A stretch of 64,000 bases of DNA, taken from the NCBI RefSeq assembly GCF_016433145.1, contig NC_058132.1:200895413-200959412 (forward strand), read 5' to 3'. The DNA is from Gracilinanus agilis (lineage: Eukaryota). Each line of letters opens with the position of its first letter. The stretch's first letter is position 1. The position numbers and the translations under genes were made by a program. Below are positions 10,673 through 23,090 of the stretch, one piece after another. A model generated the notes under the pieces. It saw only the letters and a list, made by a program, of their open reading frames with translations, did no database searches and was not told the origin of the DNA.

Positions 10673-11897
10673 TTTCTAATGACATCCTACTCAACCATAC
10701 ATGCTGTACCCAGGCCCCAGTCTTACTCAACAGACTAGAAGGTTACGTGTCCCTATAACAAACAAGTGACAAATTATCCCCACCCCCTCTCCCAAAATCC
10801 AACAAGCAGGGCAAGCAAGGCTAAGAATTTAGAGTTAAAAGTCCTCCTTCTTTCTTTATGAAATGATCCCAGGACTAGCATTGGAAGGTGAGGGCCAGGT
10901 GACAGACTCTAATGAGAAGATAGTTCAGTATTTGAGAAGGGAATGTTGACCCTAAGGAGCTAGAGCAGAAACAAAATCCAAGGCTCCTAGAAATGAAAGC
11001 CAAACTCCATCCACGTAGCATCTAAAGGGAAGACACCATGGCCAGGGGCCCTTCAATCCCATCCTCTTAGATGTCATAATAACCTTATATTTCTCTAAAT
11101 CCCTGAAGACTTTCTCCTAGACTTTCTCATTCTCACATTTCACAGATGAGAAAACTCAAATAGGAATGGGCATCTCCAGAGATATGTGACAATCAGAGAA
11201 ATTTAGCCACCTGCTTAAAGTGCCAGCCAAATAAGGGACAAATAGGCTCCCCAAAGCTCCACCAGAATATTGGCTACTGGACTGCAGAGGAAAGCTTAAC
11301 TTGTCTTGGGACCAATTATGTAAATTGTTGCCATATGTTACCATCTAAATGCCCTGCAGTCAGGTAGGTTTCCTTTGTCTGCCTATGAGTCGTGTTGACA
11401 TATATGAGGCAGCATGGGATGCTGGAAAGAGCCCTGGATGTAGTCAGACAACCTGGGTCCAATACCTAGTTTGCCACTTTCAGCATACGTAACACTGAGC
11501 AAGTCATCTCTCTTCTCAGACTTTTCTTCCTCTGTAAATACTTTAGGATGACCCAAGACGTCCATTCCAGGATCTGTGATCTCATCATGTGTGGGTATAT
11601 AGAGTTAGGAAATGAAGCTGTTTGTTAAGGGTTAAGTGTATTTGGGTAAACCAAGAGCTGTCTCTGGATGATCTCAAATCAGGTCCCTGGGGAAAAAGAA
11701 ATAGATCAAAGACATTCCAGTAAGAGAGGAAGGACAAGGGGCAGCTAAGTTAGCACAGTGGACTGAGAGCCAGGCCTGGAGATGGGAGGACCTGCAGGTG
11801 TGTGACCCTGGGCAAGTGGCTTAGGTTTGCCTAGGCTTTGCCCTTCTGTCTTAGAGTTGTTACTAGACAGAAAGTAAGTGGGGACGGGGGGGGGGGG

Positions 11898-11966
11898 NNN
11901 NNNNNNNNNNNNNNNNNNNNNNNNNNNNNNNNNNNNNNNNNNNNNNNNNNNNNNNNNNNNNNNNNN
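11898..11966. other. Assembly gap (N)
   Basis: 69 N flanked by G runs. Confidence 1.
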
Positions 11967-13829
11967 GGTGGGGGGAGAGAGAGAGAAGACAGAAAAGATA
12001 AGAAATGTAGGTACTTCTGTAGGCTGGGCTCCACAGAGAGGAGGAAGGCAACACTACACAGTGAAGGAGAGAATCTGAGCTTCTGGTCCAGAAGAATGAT
12101 TAACTAATGGCAAATTAATAGTCAATCTAAATCATAGCTTGGGCTCTCAGCAGCTGTATGATCTTGGTAAATCATTCACCTGTCAGCTCTTCAGACCCTC
12201 CAGTTTGGTTGAATTCAGTGTTCATCTGAATTGGGCACCTAATGAGCTTCTCCCATCACTTAGTATTGAACTCATCTTTCTGGGGCTTGTATTAAAGTCC
12301 TTTCTGTCTCATGTCTAGACTATAAGTTCAGCAACCAGCACAAGGCCCTGAATAGAGCAGATACTTGAATTGAACTGAATTATCCACTGTGTAGGTGGTA
12401 GGATTCAAGAAGGGATCCAGATCTGAGTTGTTTGTCCCTTGATCTGGAAAGAATACTAATTCTGACATCAAGAGATCTGGCTTCAAATCTTGGATCTGCC
12501 CAATGACATTGAGTTAGATACCTCAGTTCTCTAGGGCTTAATTTATTCATCTGTAGAATAAAGTAGTTGAACTAGAAGACCTATAATGTCACTTCCAACT
12601 CTAAAATCTTATAGACCTGCTGCTTTGAGAGCTAGGGAAATCTGGATCATTAGAAGCATGTGGAAACCAGGAATCAGCTTTGCTTGGCAAAGCTCAACTC
12701 ATAAACTTTTGTGTCCATAGCAAATACTAAAAACAACATACTGAGCACTATCATTTGAAAGTGCTGTTGTGCTTAGAGAATCACTTTGGGATAGGAAGAT
12801 GTAGATGTTGGGACTGTGATGCGAAGTAGCTCCTGGGGAAGCCTCTCCTCAGGAGTTGAGGGAGAATGGGGAAGGAGCTCATCTCGACCTGCTACCTGGT
12901 AGCTTCCTATTTTAACTAATTGTCCTTGATAACCAGGTCCTCTGTTTTTTAAAATACAGCTGAAGAGATGCTAATGCTTTCAGCACCCATTAAACGGGGG
13001 ACTCTGTAAATTTGACAATGAGGCAAAAATTCCCTGTGGTTCTGCTCTCTGAGCAGCCAAGAGAACATGTAGTCTTCATGATGAGTAAGGAAGAATATAA
13101 AGTTCTCAGTGTCATCGAAAAGGAGCCATGACGATAGAGTAATAGGAAGAAGTATTACTTGGTTCCCCGGACACAATCCATCTACAACAATCTAGAAAAT
13201 ACACCAGACTAAATACTGATGGGGTAATACGGGGGGAGGGGGGGGGAACCATAGTCATTTTTCTAGCCCAGGTTGGCATAAAGGCATAGGCAGAGAGGTC
13301 TTTGGAGACTGGTTACAGGGTCTAGCCAGAAGCACAGGGCCAAGCAAACTGCTCCAGCATTCAGGAACTGAAAGAGGACCAAAGCTATGTACCAAGACAG
13401 GAAACACCAGAGCAAGAAGTGGCCCAAGGAGCTACCCAAACTAATGTAGGGTTTGGGAATGGATGCCAACTAGCATCTCTGTTGCTCACTAACCAGTTCT
13501 GAATCACAGATCCAGAGCACACTAATGAGGGGAACTGTGCCTGGGTGGTATGCTAGGTCCCTAGTATATGTATGGAACAAGGTGCTATATGTCTCTGACC
13601 CTGAAAGGAGAGCAAGGACTCTGTTTTAACCTTTAGCCCAGTTTGAAATCTGTTGTAGAATAACCAGAGCAGGAACCTCGGAGCGTTCTCAGGAATCTAC
13701 AGAATCTATAGATAAGTTACTCTAAAGTTACTACCAAGTTTCCCATCGGCTGACAGTGGCTGAGTCAAGTAGTAGTCTACTGGAACTTCCATCCAGGGAC
13801 AAGCCCAAAGGCATGTTGCTCAAACTTGC

Positions 13830-14510
13830 AGAGTTCGGATCAAGATGGCAGTGAACAGACTTTGCCCTGAATCAGATCACTCTAGGAACCATTGAAAGCT
13901 CTCAGGTTCTTAGCCTCAGTTATCCCAGAGATACCCTGGAATTGCACAATACTCAATATTCTAGGAAAGCAGCAGACGAACCCCAAAGAACAGAAACTCA
14001 GCTCAGACATTCTCTGTAGAAGTGTACAATGCCTGGCTCTAACATGAACTCCAAAGTCAAGAAGTGGGTTGGAAAAATGAATAAACAAAAAAGAAATCCC
14101 ACCATAGAGAGATATTATGGGTGACAGAGAAACTCAAAATGCAAACCCAAAAGAAGAAAATTACTCCAAACCATCCATAAGCCCAACAAGAATTCCTGGA
14201 AGAAATAAAAGAAGGTTTTTTTTAAGGGCTAAAAAGTTATTTTTAAAAATAAATGAGAGTACTAGAGTAAAAAATGGCGGGGGCGGGGGGTGAGTGAGAG
14301 TTATAGAAAAAAAAATTGAAAAGGAGCAAGAGGTACAAAATCATACCCAGGGGAAAAACTCTCTGAAAATCAGAATTAACCAAATGGACAATAATAAGTC
14401 CATGAAATATTAATAAATATTAAAACAAAGTAAAAAAATAAAACAATAGAAGAAAATATAAAATATCCCATAACAAAAACAGCAGAACTGAAAAATAAAT
14501 TCAGAGAATA
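13830..14510 (+). mobile_element. L1 5'-UTR/ORF1 fragment
   Basis: Degenerate ORF1 start MNKQKRNPTIERYYG followed by A-rich coiled-coil-like sequence. Confidence 0.65.
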
Positions 14511-15232
14511 GAAATTACTTGCCCAATGCCATACTGGGTGGCAAAGCTGGGACATAAACACAGGTCTTCTGACCTCAAGTCCAGTGTTATTTCTGTACCA
14601 CAGCAACAGATAGTATCCAAGCCGTACTGCGTGCTGGACCAGATGTATCCAAAGTTAAAAAGGACTCAGAGTTCTAATTTTGACTGAATCCTGAGCCCTA
14701 ACTAGCCCAAGATTGCCAGGCTTTTCTAGGGCTTTTCTATTTGAATCCTCAGCACTCAGGACAGTGCTTTGTACATAATAAGCATTTATATGATTTTTCA
14801 TCCATTCATTTATTTGTGCCACTAATGAGTCCTGGCTTGGGAGTTAGAAAACCTGGGTTTCAAACCAAACTCTGTTGATTACAAATTGCGCACTACCAGG
14901 AGCATCTGGCTAGAGTAACAGGCCTGGAGATGGGAGGTCCTGGGTTTAAATGTGGCCTTAGAGACTTTCTAGCTGTGTGATCCTGGGCAAGTCACTTAGC
15001 CCCATTTGCCTAGCCCTTGGCTTTCTGTCTTAGAGTTATTATTAAGATGGTTTTTAAAAAAATTTTTGTGCTTCCTTCCAGTGCCTTACCTCTTCCTCAG
15101 ATCTAGTTCCCTGGCCCCTGGATTAATACCCTCCTGGGATATCATCAGTTCAGTGCCTCTCTGGATACCTCTTCTCTCGATCCAGGAGTCAGGGTCATTA
15201 AGGGCTCTATGAAGTTCAAGCCACCCCCAGGT

Positions 15233-15458
15233 CAGGATTTTTACCTGGGGTCCACTGAATCTCAAGGAGTCCATGATAGATTTCAGGAAACCCATGAATT
15301 TAAATATGAAAAAAATTCATCTTCATTTATAATTGGTATTATCCTTTGAATTCCCATATACTTTATTGTATTTATTAAAAAACATTCAGAGAAAGGGTCC
15401 ATAGACTTCACCAGAATGCTTAGGGGATCCATGACACAAAATAGATTAAGTACCCCTG
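15233..15458. mobile_element. hAT/Charlie-type MITE
   Basis: Inverted termini cagg…tttacctggggtcca / ggatccatgacac…ttaagtacccctg. Confidence 0.6.
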
Positions 15459-15615
15459 CCCTGGAGGGATGAAGAAGCTAGACTCTCCTTCATGCCACTG
15501 TGGAGTCTCCCTGTTTTCTGCCTCCCTCCCACCTGAATTCATCCCAAGCATAGTTACAGAATGTGTAGTTTCATAGAGTCTCTCACAAATATTAAAGAAC
15601 TCTCTCATGCTCTTA

Positions 15616-15646
<31 letters not shown>

Positions 15647-17869
15647 GGGGTATGCTTCAAGTGGATTTATTACCAGGACAGGCCCTGGAATAAGGGAGGG
15701 CTACATTCTTCAAGCAATAACTGCCAGAAAGAGGTCCCTGTAGGGTTAGAAGGAGGAACACTTGGGAGGGAGCCCTTTCTGTAACCACACCTGAGCCATC
15801 TCTGATGGTCAGCACAGGACTGGCTCCCTCTTCTCTCCACTCTGTATTTGTGAAGCTGCCTGTGTAGTGGATTCTGGGAAGGCCAGGTGACTGTATCCAT
15901 GACCCCAAGAACAATATCCTGAAGAGAAAAGGGCAGCCAAGCCTAGAGAGAGCTGTCAATACACCCCTCCACACACGCCCTGGAGTAGAGTCCAAACCAC
16001 CTCCCCTCATCACCCCAATAAACTCCACCTATTCAGTCTGGCTTCCATAAGCTTCCCTGACCTATCCTCTGCATCCTCTGGGTCACGTCCAATCCTTCTG
16101 GCCTTGAGCTCTTGGTGCCCCAAGATATACCCTTTGGGGCTCTGGCTTCTCTCCTGGAGTTATGACCACGTTTCCACATGGTGCCACTCTTTTCTCCTCT
16201 GATAAGTGAAAGCAAATAAGCCCAACCACCCACTCCACCAATGCTTAGGATGGGAAATAGTTGCTGGTGGCCTAGAAAGTAAGACGAGGAGTAAGAACAC
16301 AGAGCTTATTGTGTTTGCAAGACCTGCATTTGAATTTAGCTTCTTCATTTACTAGGGACAAGTCATTCAGAAAGATGCATTACTATATGTTTTGTGGATG
16401 CTCTCCATCGACCCACATGCCCTTTCCATCAGATTTGCAGCTGAAGCCATTATTTTCTCCCTTTTTTAGAATGAGAGCCCCTCAAGAACAAGAACTATCT
16501 TATTTTTCTATCATGTATTTTCAGTGTTTAGCAAAGTGATTTGTACAAAATAAGAACATAAAGTATGTTTTCTCATTTATTCACTCACTCATTCGTTCAT
16601 TCAAGTCCTAGATTGGAATCAGTAGACCTAGATTTGACTCTACCATCTACAAATTCATATGGTGATGAGCAAATCAACTTCACATCTTTGGAATTGTGGT
16701 TTCTACATTATATTGATATTTGAGAAGTAATATTTCATAATGGTGGAGGAAGAACTAGTCTTCGAGTAAGGAAGATCTGGGTTTGAGTCCCAGAGGACGC
16801 ATACACTACATTGGGTGTATGACGACACTGAGCAAGTCACGTAGAGACCCAGACAGTTCTCTAAAAGGCTAAATTTCAGAAGGGTTGATGGTCTCAATTA
16901 AGGGAGGGAGTTTCCTCACTGAGAGCTCCTTATACCAATAAAAACACAAGTCCAAACCAAAAGAAAATATTGACTCTGTTACCTCACCAAATGGGTATGA
17001 GGCAAATGCTCTGTAAACCTGAATAGGTCAATACATCAAGGACTTGGGATTTCATCAACCAGGCAGCTTCCTTTATCCACCTGCAAAGTTTATTATTTTA
17101 GTTGCCTGAGGCTCAAAGACTTTATGACCTGAATAAGGTATTTTTGTTTAGTCAACTAGTGGTGACTCTTTATAGTCCCATTTGGGATTTTCTTGGCAAA
17201 GATACCAGAGTAGTTTGCTATTTCCTTTTTCAGCCCATTTTACAGATGAGGAAACTAAGGCAAACAGGGTTAAGCCACTTGCCCAGGTTCATAAAGCTGA
17301 TAAGTGTCCAGGACCAGAGTTGAACTCAAAGTTGAGACTTGGGTTTCTACCCTATCCCTACCCCCTGATACCTAATGGGTGGCCATAGGCAAGTTACTTA
17401 ATGTCTCTAAGGCTCACTTTATTGGGGGACAGTAATACCCAGAGTATCTGCCTCCCAGGGCTGTGGTGAGGATCAGGTGAGATGATATTTGTAAAGCTTT
17501 TGGCAAACCAGGAAAACCAATGTATAAATGTGGCTTGAGGAAGCCATGGCTCTGGTGGTGGCCTCTGTCCTCATTTCCCGTGGCAGTGACTCAGGGCATA
17601 TCACGGTCACCCTCTACACTCAGACTCCTGAGAGCAGTCGGGTTCTCCATGCCTCATTACATCATGTCATCACAGGCCACGAATTCCTTTGATAAGCTTC
17701 TTGCTTGTTTCTCTTCCTGGGGTTGGTCGTTGTGGGGATCCTCCCCTCCCTTGGAAGCACAGTACACCCAGAGATAGACAAGAGGACACCCAGTTCCAAG
17801 CTCTGGGCAAAGGTATCTAGAAAAATCCAGGTCTCAAAGTCAGATGACTTGGGCTTAAAACCCTTTTTT

Positions 17870-18335
17870 TAAAAAACAATTTAATTGTATTTATTTTTAA
17901 AAGCAAGTAGATATTATTTAATATTGTACTTGAAATGCTAGCTGTAGCAATTAGAGAAGAAAAAGAAATGGAAGGAATCAAAGTAGGCAATGAGGAAACT
18001 AAACTGTTATTCTTTGTAGATGATATGATGGTATACTTAGAGAATCAACTAAAAAGCTAATAGAAATAATCAATAACTTTATTTATTTGTTTGTTTGTTT
18101 GTTTGTTTATTTTTAACCCTTACCTTCCATCTTGGAGTCAATACTGTGTATTGGCTCCAAGGCAGAAGAGTGGTAAGGGTAGGCAATGGGGGTCAAGTGA
18201 CTTGCCCAAGGTCACACAGCTGAGAAGTGGCTGAGGACAGATTTGAACCTAGGACCTCCCGTCTTTAGGCCTGACTCTCATTCCACTGAGCTACCCAGCT
18301 GCCCCCTAATCAATAATTTTAGCAAAGCTGCAAGA
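17870..18335 (+). mobile_element. L1 ORF2 (RT) fragment with a nested young antisense SINE (about 18090-18306)
   Basis: [14 protein letters not shown] (FADD motif); SINE flanked by taatcaataa repeats. Confidence 0.8.
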
Positions 18336-18649
18336 TACAAAACAATGCTGGGGCAATGGCAGGCATGCCCACAGACAGGGCTCTCAGTGACCCCTCTGGC
18401 GTATTTACCATAGGTTCACTACCCTGGCTCTACCTCTCTGTCTCCCTTCTCCCCTCAAGGCAAGCAATTTTATATAAATCATACAGGAGGCAGCTAGGTA
18501 GTAGATAGAGGGATGGGCCTGTAGTATGGAGGTCCTGGGTTCAAATGTGACCTCAGATACTTCCTAGCTGTGTGACTCTGGGCATCACTTAACTCCAATT
18601 GCCTAGGCCTGCTGCCCTGCTATTTAGGCAGAAGGGAAGGATAAAAAAA

Positions 18650-20110
18650 AAAAAACATACATGTGAACTCGTACAAAACACATTTCCATATTAGCTATGT
18701 TGCAAAAGAAATACAGATCAAAAAAACCTCCAAGAATAATCAAGTTTTAAAAGTGTGCTTCAATCTGCATTCAGACTCTATCAGTTCTTTCTTTGGAAGT
18801 GAAGAACATTTTTCGTCATTAAGTCCTTCAGAATTGTCATAGAGTATTATTATCTCTGAGAATAGCTAAAATGCACAGCTGATCTTTGTGCTAGACTGCT
18901 CTTAGCTGTGTACAGTGTTCTCCTGATTCTGCTCACTTCACTTTTCATCAGTTCATTAAGTCCAGGTTTTTCTGAAACTATCCTGCTTCTCATTTCTTAT
19001 AGCACAATAGTATTCCGTCACAATCATATACCACAAGTCCTGAGTCCATTTACCAACTGATGGGTATCCCCTCAGTTTCCAATTCTTTGCTGCCACAAAA
19101 AAAGTTGCTATAAATATTTTTGTACTTTTAGGTCCCTTTCCTTTTTCTTTGATTTCTTTGGCAGTGGTATTGCTGGGTCAAAAGGGTACGCATGGCTTTA
19201 TAGCTTTGGGGGCATAGTTCCAAATTGTTCTCCAGAATGGTTAGATCAGTTTATAACTCCACCAACAGTGCATTAGTGTCTCAGTTTTTCCATATCACCT
19301 CCAATATTTGTCATTTTCCTTTTCTGTCACATTAGCCTATCTGATAGGTGTGATGTGGTACCTCAGAATTGTTTTAATTTGCATTTCCCTAATTAATAGT
19401 AATTTAGAGCATTTTTTCATCTGAGTATAGAGAATTTTGATTTCTTCTAAAAACTACTTGTTCATATCCTTTGAACACTTATCAATTGGGAAATGATTCA
19501 TATTCTTATGACACAGATTTCTCTATATTTGAGAAATGTGGCTTTTATTGGAGAAATCTACAGTAAAAAAAATTTTTTTGCCAGTCCTAATCTTGGCTGC
19601 ACAAAACTTTTTAAATTTGATGTAATCAAAAATTTCCGTTTTGTATCCCATAATATTATCTATCTCTTGTTTTGTTATTTATCCATAAATGCTACAGGTA
19701 AGATATTCTACACTCTCCTAATTTGTTCATAAAAGGTAGCACCTTTTATGTCAAAATCACTTACACATTTTGACTTTATCTTGGAGTTCAGGATATGATG
19801 TTGTTTTATACTAGGTTCTGACAAACTGCTTTCCAGATGTCTCAGCAATTTTTGTCAAATAATTGACTTCTCTCCTAAAATCTTGGATCCTTGGTTTTGC
19901 TAAACCCTAGATTACTATGGTTATGTACTATTGTGTATTTCATATCTAATCTACTCCACTGATCCACCATTCTATTTCTTAGCCAGTACTACATTGTTTT
20001 GGTGATTACTGCTTTGTAATAGATTTTGAAATCTGATCCTGCTAGGTCACCTCATTCACTTTTTTTTTCCATCTATTCCCTTGACATTCTTTGGGTTTGA
20101 ATCTTAACTC
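18650..20110 (-). mobile_element. Old L1 3' half (ORF2 C-terminus and 3' UTR), antisense
   Basis: Typical antisense L1 text (…ggtattgctgggtcaaa…caccaacagtgcattagtg…cattgttttggtgattactgctttgta…). Confidence 0.85.
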
Positions 20111-20329
20111 TGCTGTTACCTGTATGATTTTTTTGTCTGTTTTTTTCTTCTTAAGGGTTTTATTTTCCTCTTTGGAAAATTGAGCTAAATTGGATCTAGG
20201 ATCTAGCCCTATGACCCTTGGCCCTTGACTGTTGCTTGTCCCTCTCCAGCAACAAGAAACTATAGCCAAAGAGGAAAGTCTGCCCCACCTCCCATTCTTT
20301 ATGAAGGTTCTTTCTCACAGCAAACAGCT

Positions 20330-20640
20330 TCTGGGTGAGTAGCACCCTACATCTGGCCAGTTCACAGAATTGTAGAATTTCAGAGTTAGAAGGGGCTTGG
20401 ATGATCATCAGATTCAGCCCATCACAAAAACACCTTGATGACCACCTTCTGAGGCCATTCATTACACTCTGGAACAGCTAATGTAATTATTTTGTTTATA
20501 CTGACCCAGAATCTGCCTCTGCCATGCCCTCTGGGGCCACCCAGAAAGAACAAGACAAATGTCTCTTCCAAATGATAGCCTTCAGACACTTGAAGACAGC
20601 TATCATGTCTCCTCCAACTCTTCTCTTCTCCAAATGTCCC
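20330..20640 (-). mobile_element. CR1/L3 3' fragment
   Basis: …cttcagacacttgaagacagctatcatgtc… antisense CR1 motif. Confidence 0.6.
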
Positions 20641-20674
20641 ATTATCTATAACTGAGAGATGGAGAGACAGAGGA

Positions 20675-20711
<37 letters not shown>

Positions 20712-21699
20712 TAGATAGATTGATAGATAGATAGGCAAGCAGACAGATACAGGTAGGTGGGTAGGCATGTAGGCAGACAGATAGATAAAACATTTGTCAC
20801 TTGCTATGATCTGAGCACTACATCAATGGCAGGGAATAAAGATGCAAACAAGAAAGGCAGTCCCTTCCTTCAAGGATTTTATATTTGAATGGGAGAAGCC
20901 TACATTGAAAGGGGAGCTAAAAGCACCGATATTTATTATAGGAACAGTTATCTAGGCTTAATTAAGTAAATTAGTCAATAAGCATTTATTAAGTGTCTAC
21001 TATGTGCTAGGCACTGTGCTAAGTACTAAGGACATAAAGACAAAAGACAGTCCCTGCCTTCAAGGAGCTCACAATTTAATGCAATAATAATAATAATAAT
21101 AATAATAAAAGGTACAAACTATGTACAGAATAAATAGGAATTAATTAACAGAGGGAAGGCACTAGAATTAAGAAGAATGGGGAAAGTCTTCCTGATTGTA
21201 GAAGGTAGAATTTTAGTTGAGACTTGAAAGGAAGGAACCAGGAGGCAGAGGAGAGAGAACATTCTTGGCACAGGGTACAACTAGAGAAGATTTCTGGAGC
21301 TGAAAGACATGAAGGGTCTTGTTTGTGAAGCAATGTCATTGGATCAGAGAGCAAATAGCGTACAGGGAGATGGGTGCAAGGAATTAAGAAGACTGGCAAT
21401 ATAAAGTATAAAACTTTACTAGGTGTAGAAGGGCTTTGAACATTAAACAAAGGAATTTTATATTTGATCTTGGAAGTGCTTGGGAGACACTAGAGTTTAT
21501 TGAGTTTGGAGGGAATATGGTTAAGAGTTCTGCTTTAGGAAAATCACTTTGGCAGGTGAATGGACCCCCTGTCGTGGATCTGTGAAGTGGATTCTTTTAA
21601 CACTTTGTAGACCAGGCCTGACTCAGGTTGTTCTGGTAGTTGAAGGCTGAGACAGGAACAAAGTGATGTGTTTGTCATCCACCTAACAGTTAACAAAAA

Positions 21700-22340
21700 G
21701 AACTTTTCTTAGATATTGTCTCGAAAGGATACTCAGTAAGCACAGAGCTTTGTCATTAGAAGTTTTTACACTAAGATCAAATGTGAAACATAGAAGATCA
21801 TTATCGCCATTTCTATTGTTTGTATTAGAAATGTTAGCTATAGCAATTAGACCCCCCAAAACTGAGGAATAAACAAGGGCAATAAGGAAACAAAGCTATT
21901 CTTTTTTTGTAGATGATATGATGTTTACTTAGAGTACCCTAGAGAACCAACTAAAAATTAATTAAAACAATTAACAACTTTAGCAAAGTTGCAGAATATA
22001 AAATCAGCATTTCTATATTCTATATTCCCACAAAGCCCAGCAGGAGGAGATAAAAAGAGAAATTCCATTTAAAATAACTACAGACAATATAAGATACTTG
22101 AGAGTCTATCTGCCAAGGCATACATAGAAACTATATGAACATCATTATAAAATGTTCTTCATACAAATAAAGGCAGATCAGAGTAGATGAAGATAAAGTA
22201 TTTGCTCAAGGGTAGACTGAGCCAACATAAGCCAATATAAGCCAATATTTTTTCATTTTTGCACCAATAATTTACTTATTCAGTGCCAGTGTCAATATCG
22301 AAGAATTATTTTATAAAGCTAGAAAAAAAGTCATAACAAA
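21700..22340 (+). mobile_element. L1 ORF2 (RT) fragment
   Basis: …LEMLAIAIR…FVDDMMF…INNFSKVAEYK degenerate translation. Confidence 0.8.
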
Positions 22341-22349
22341 GCATTAGCT

Positions 22350-23090
22350 ATCTTTTTAGAAATTTGCATCCTCTGCAAATTTATTAAGTGTGCTATCTAT
22401 ACTTTTATATATCATTGTTTGAAAGAAAAAAAAAGGTCTGAAGCTGGACAGGAACAAACACAAATGCCTGTGGCATTCCATTTTCTATAGTATTATATTC
22501 TTAGCAATAGGAAGGATCTTAGAGGTCATCAGTCCAAATTCCTCATTTTACAGTTGTGGAAATGAGGTCCAGAGCAGTAAAAAGAGACACTTGACTAAGT
22601 TTACACAGTTAGAAAGTGTCAATGACAAGATTTAAACCCAGATGATTGGGCACCCTTTCCATTGCATTATCCTGCAATCTCACATTGGCATTGAACCATT
22701 AATGACTCCTTTTAGGGCCCAGTATTCATCTTGATCCAAATTTACCTAATTTTTCTATCTGGCCCATCCTCTCACATATTTTCAGAGGAGTAGCATGAAA
22801 GACTCTGTCATGTTTTGCTAAAATCCAAGAACATGATAATTACAGTATTCCCATGATCCATCAATAGAGCATGTTCGCACTCAAGAAAGGAAGTGATGTA
22901 AATCTGGTTTGACCAGTTCTTGATGTAGTTGTTCTGACTGTGGCAATTGCTTCCTCTTCTAAGATATTCATGATCTATCCTTTTAATAATACATTTTAGA
23001 ACTTACCAGAAATCAAAGTCACTGGCCTACAGTATTCAGAAAATCAAAATATTTACCCTAATCTAGTCTTTGGAGCCTTCTCCTGCTCTC
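22350..23090 (-). mobile_element. CR1/L3 ORF2 fragments (with MIR insertion)
   Basis: Antisense CR1 motifs (catcctctgcaaattt…, tttgctaaaatcca…). Confidence 0.55.

Noticed and set aside
13263-13469. ORF with a hydrophobic stretch (WYIALVLFQ) as a candidate APOA5 signal-peptide exon
   Set aside because: No GT donor, and the true exon at 9702-9758 fits length, phase and promoter position.
17546-17692. Short ORF with a strong Kozak context (GCCATGG; MALVVASVLIS…)
   Set aside because: 49 codons, no usable splice sites, no promoter or recognisable homology; likely chance.
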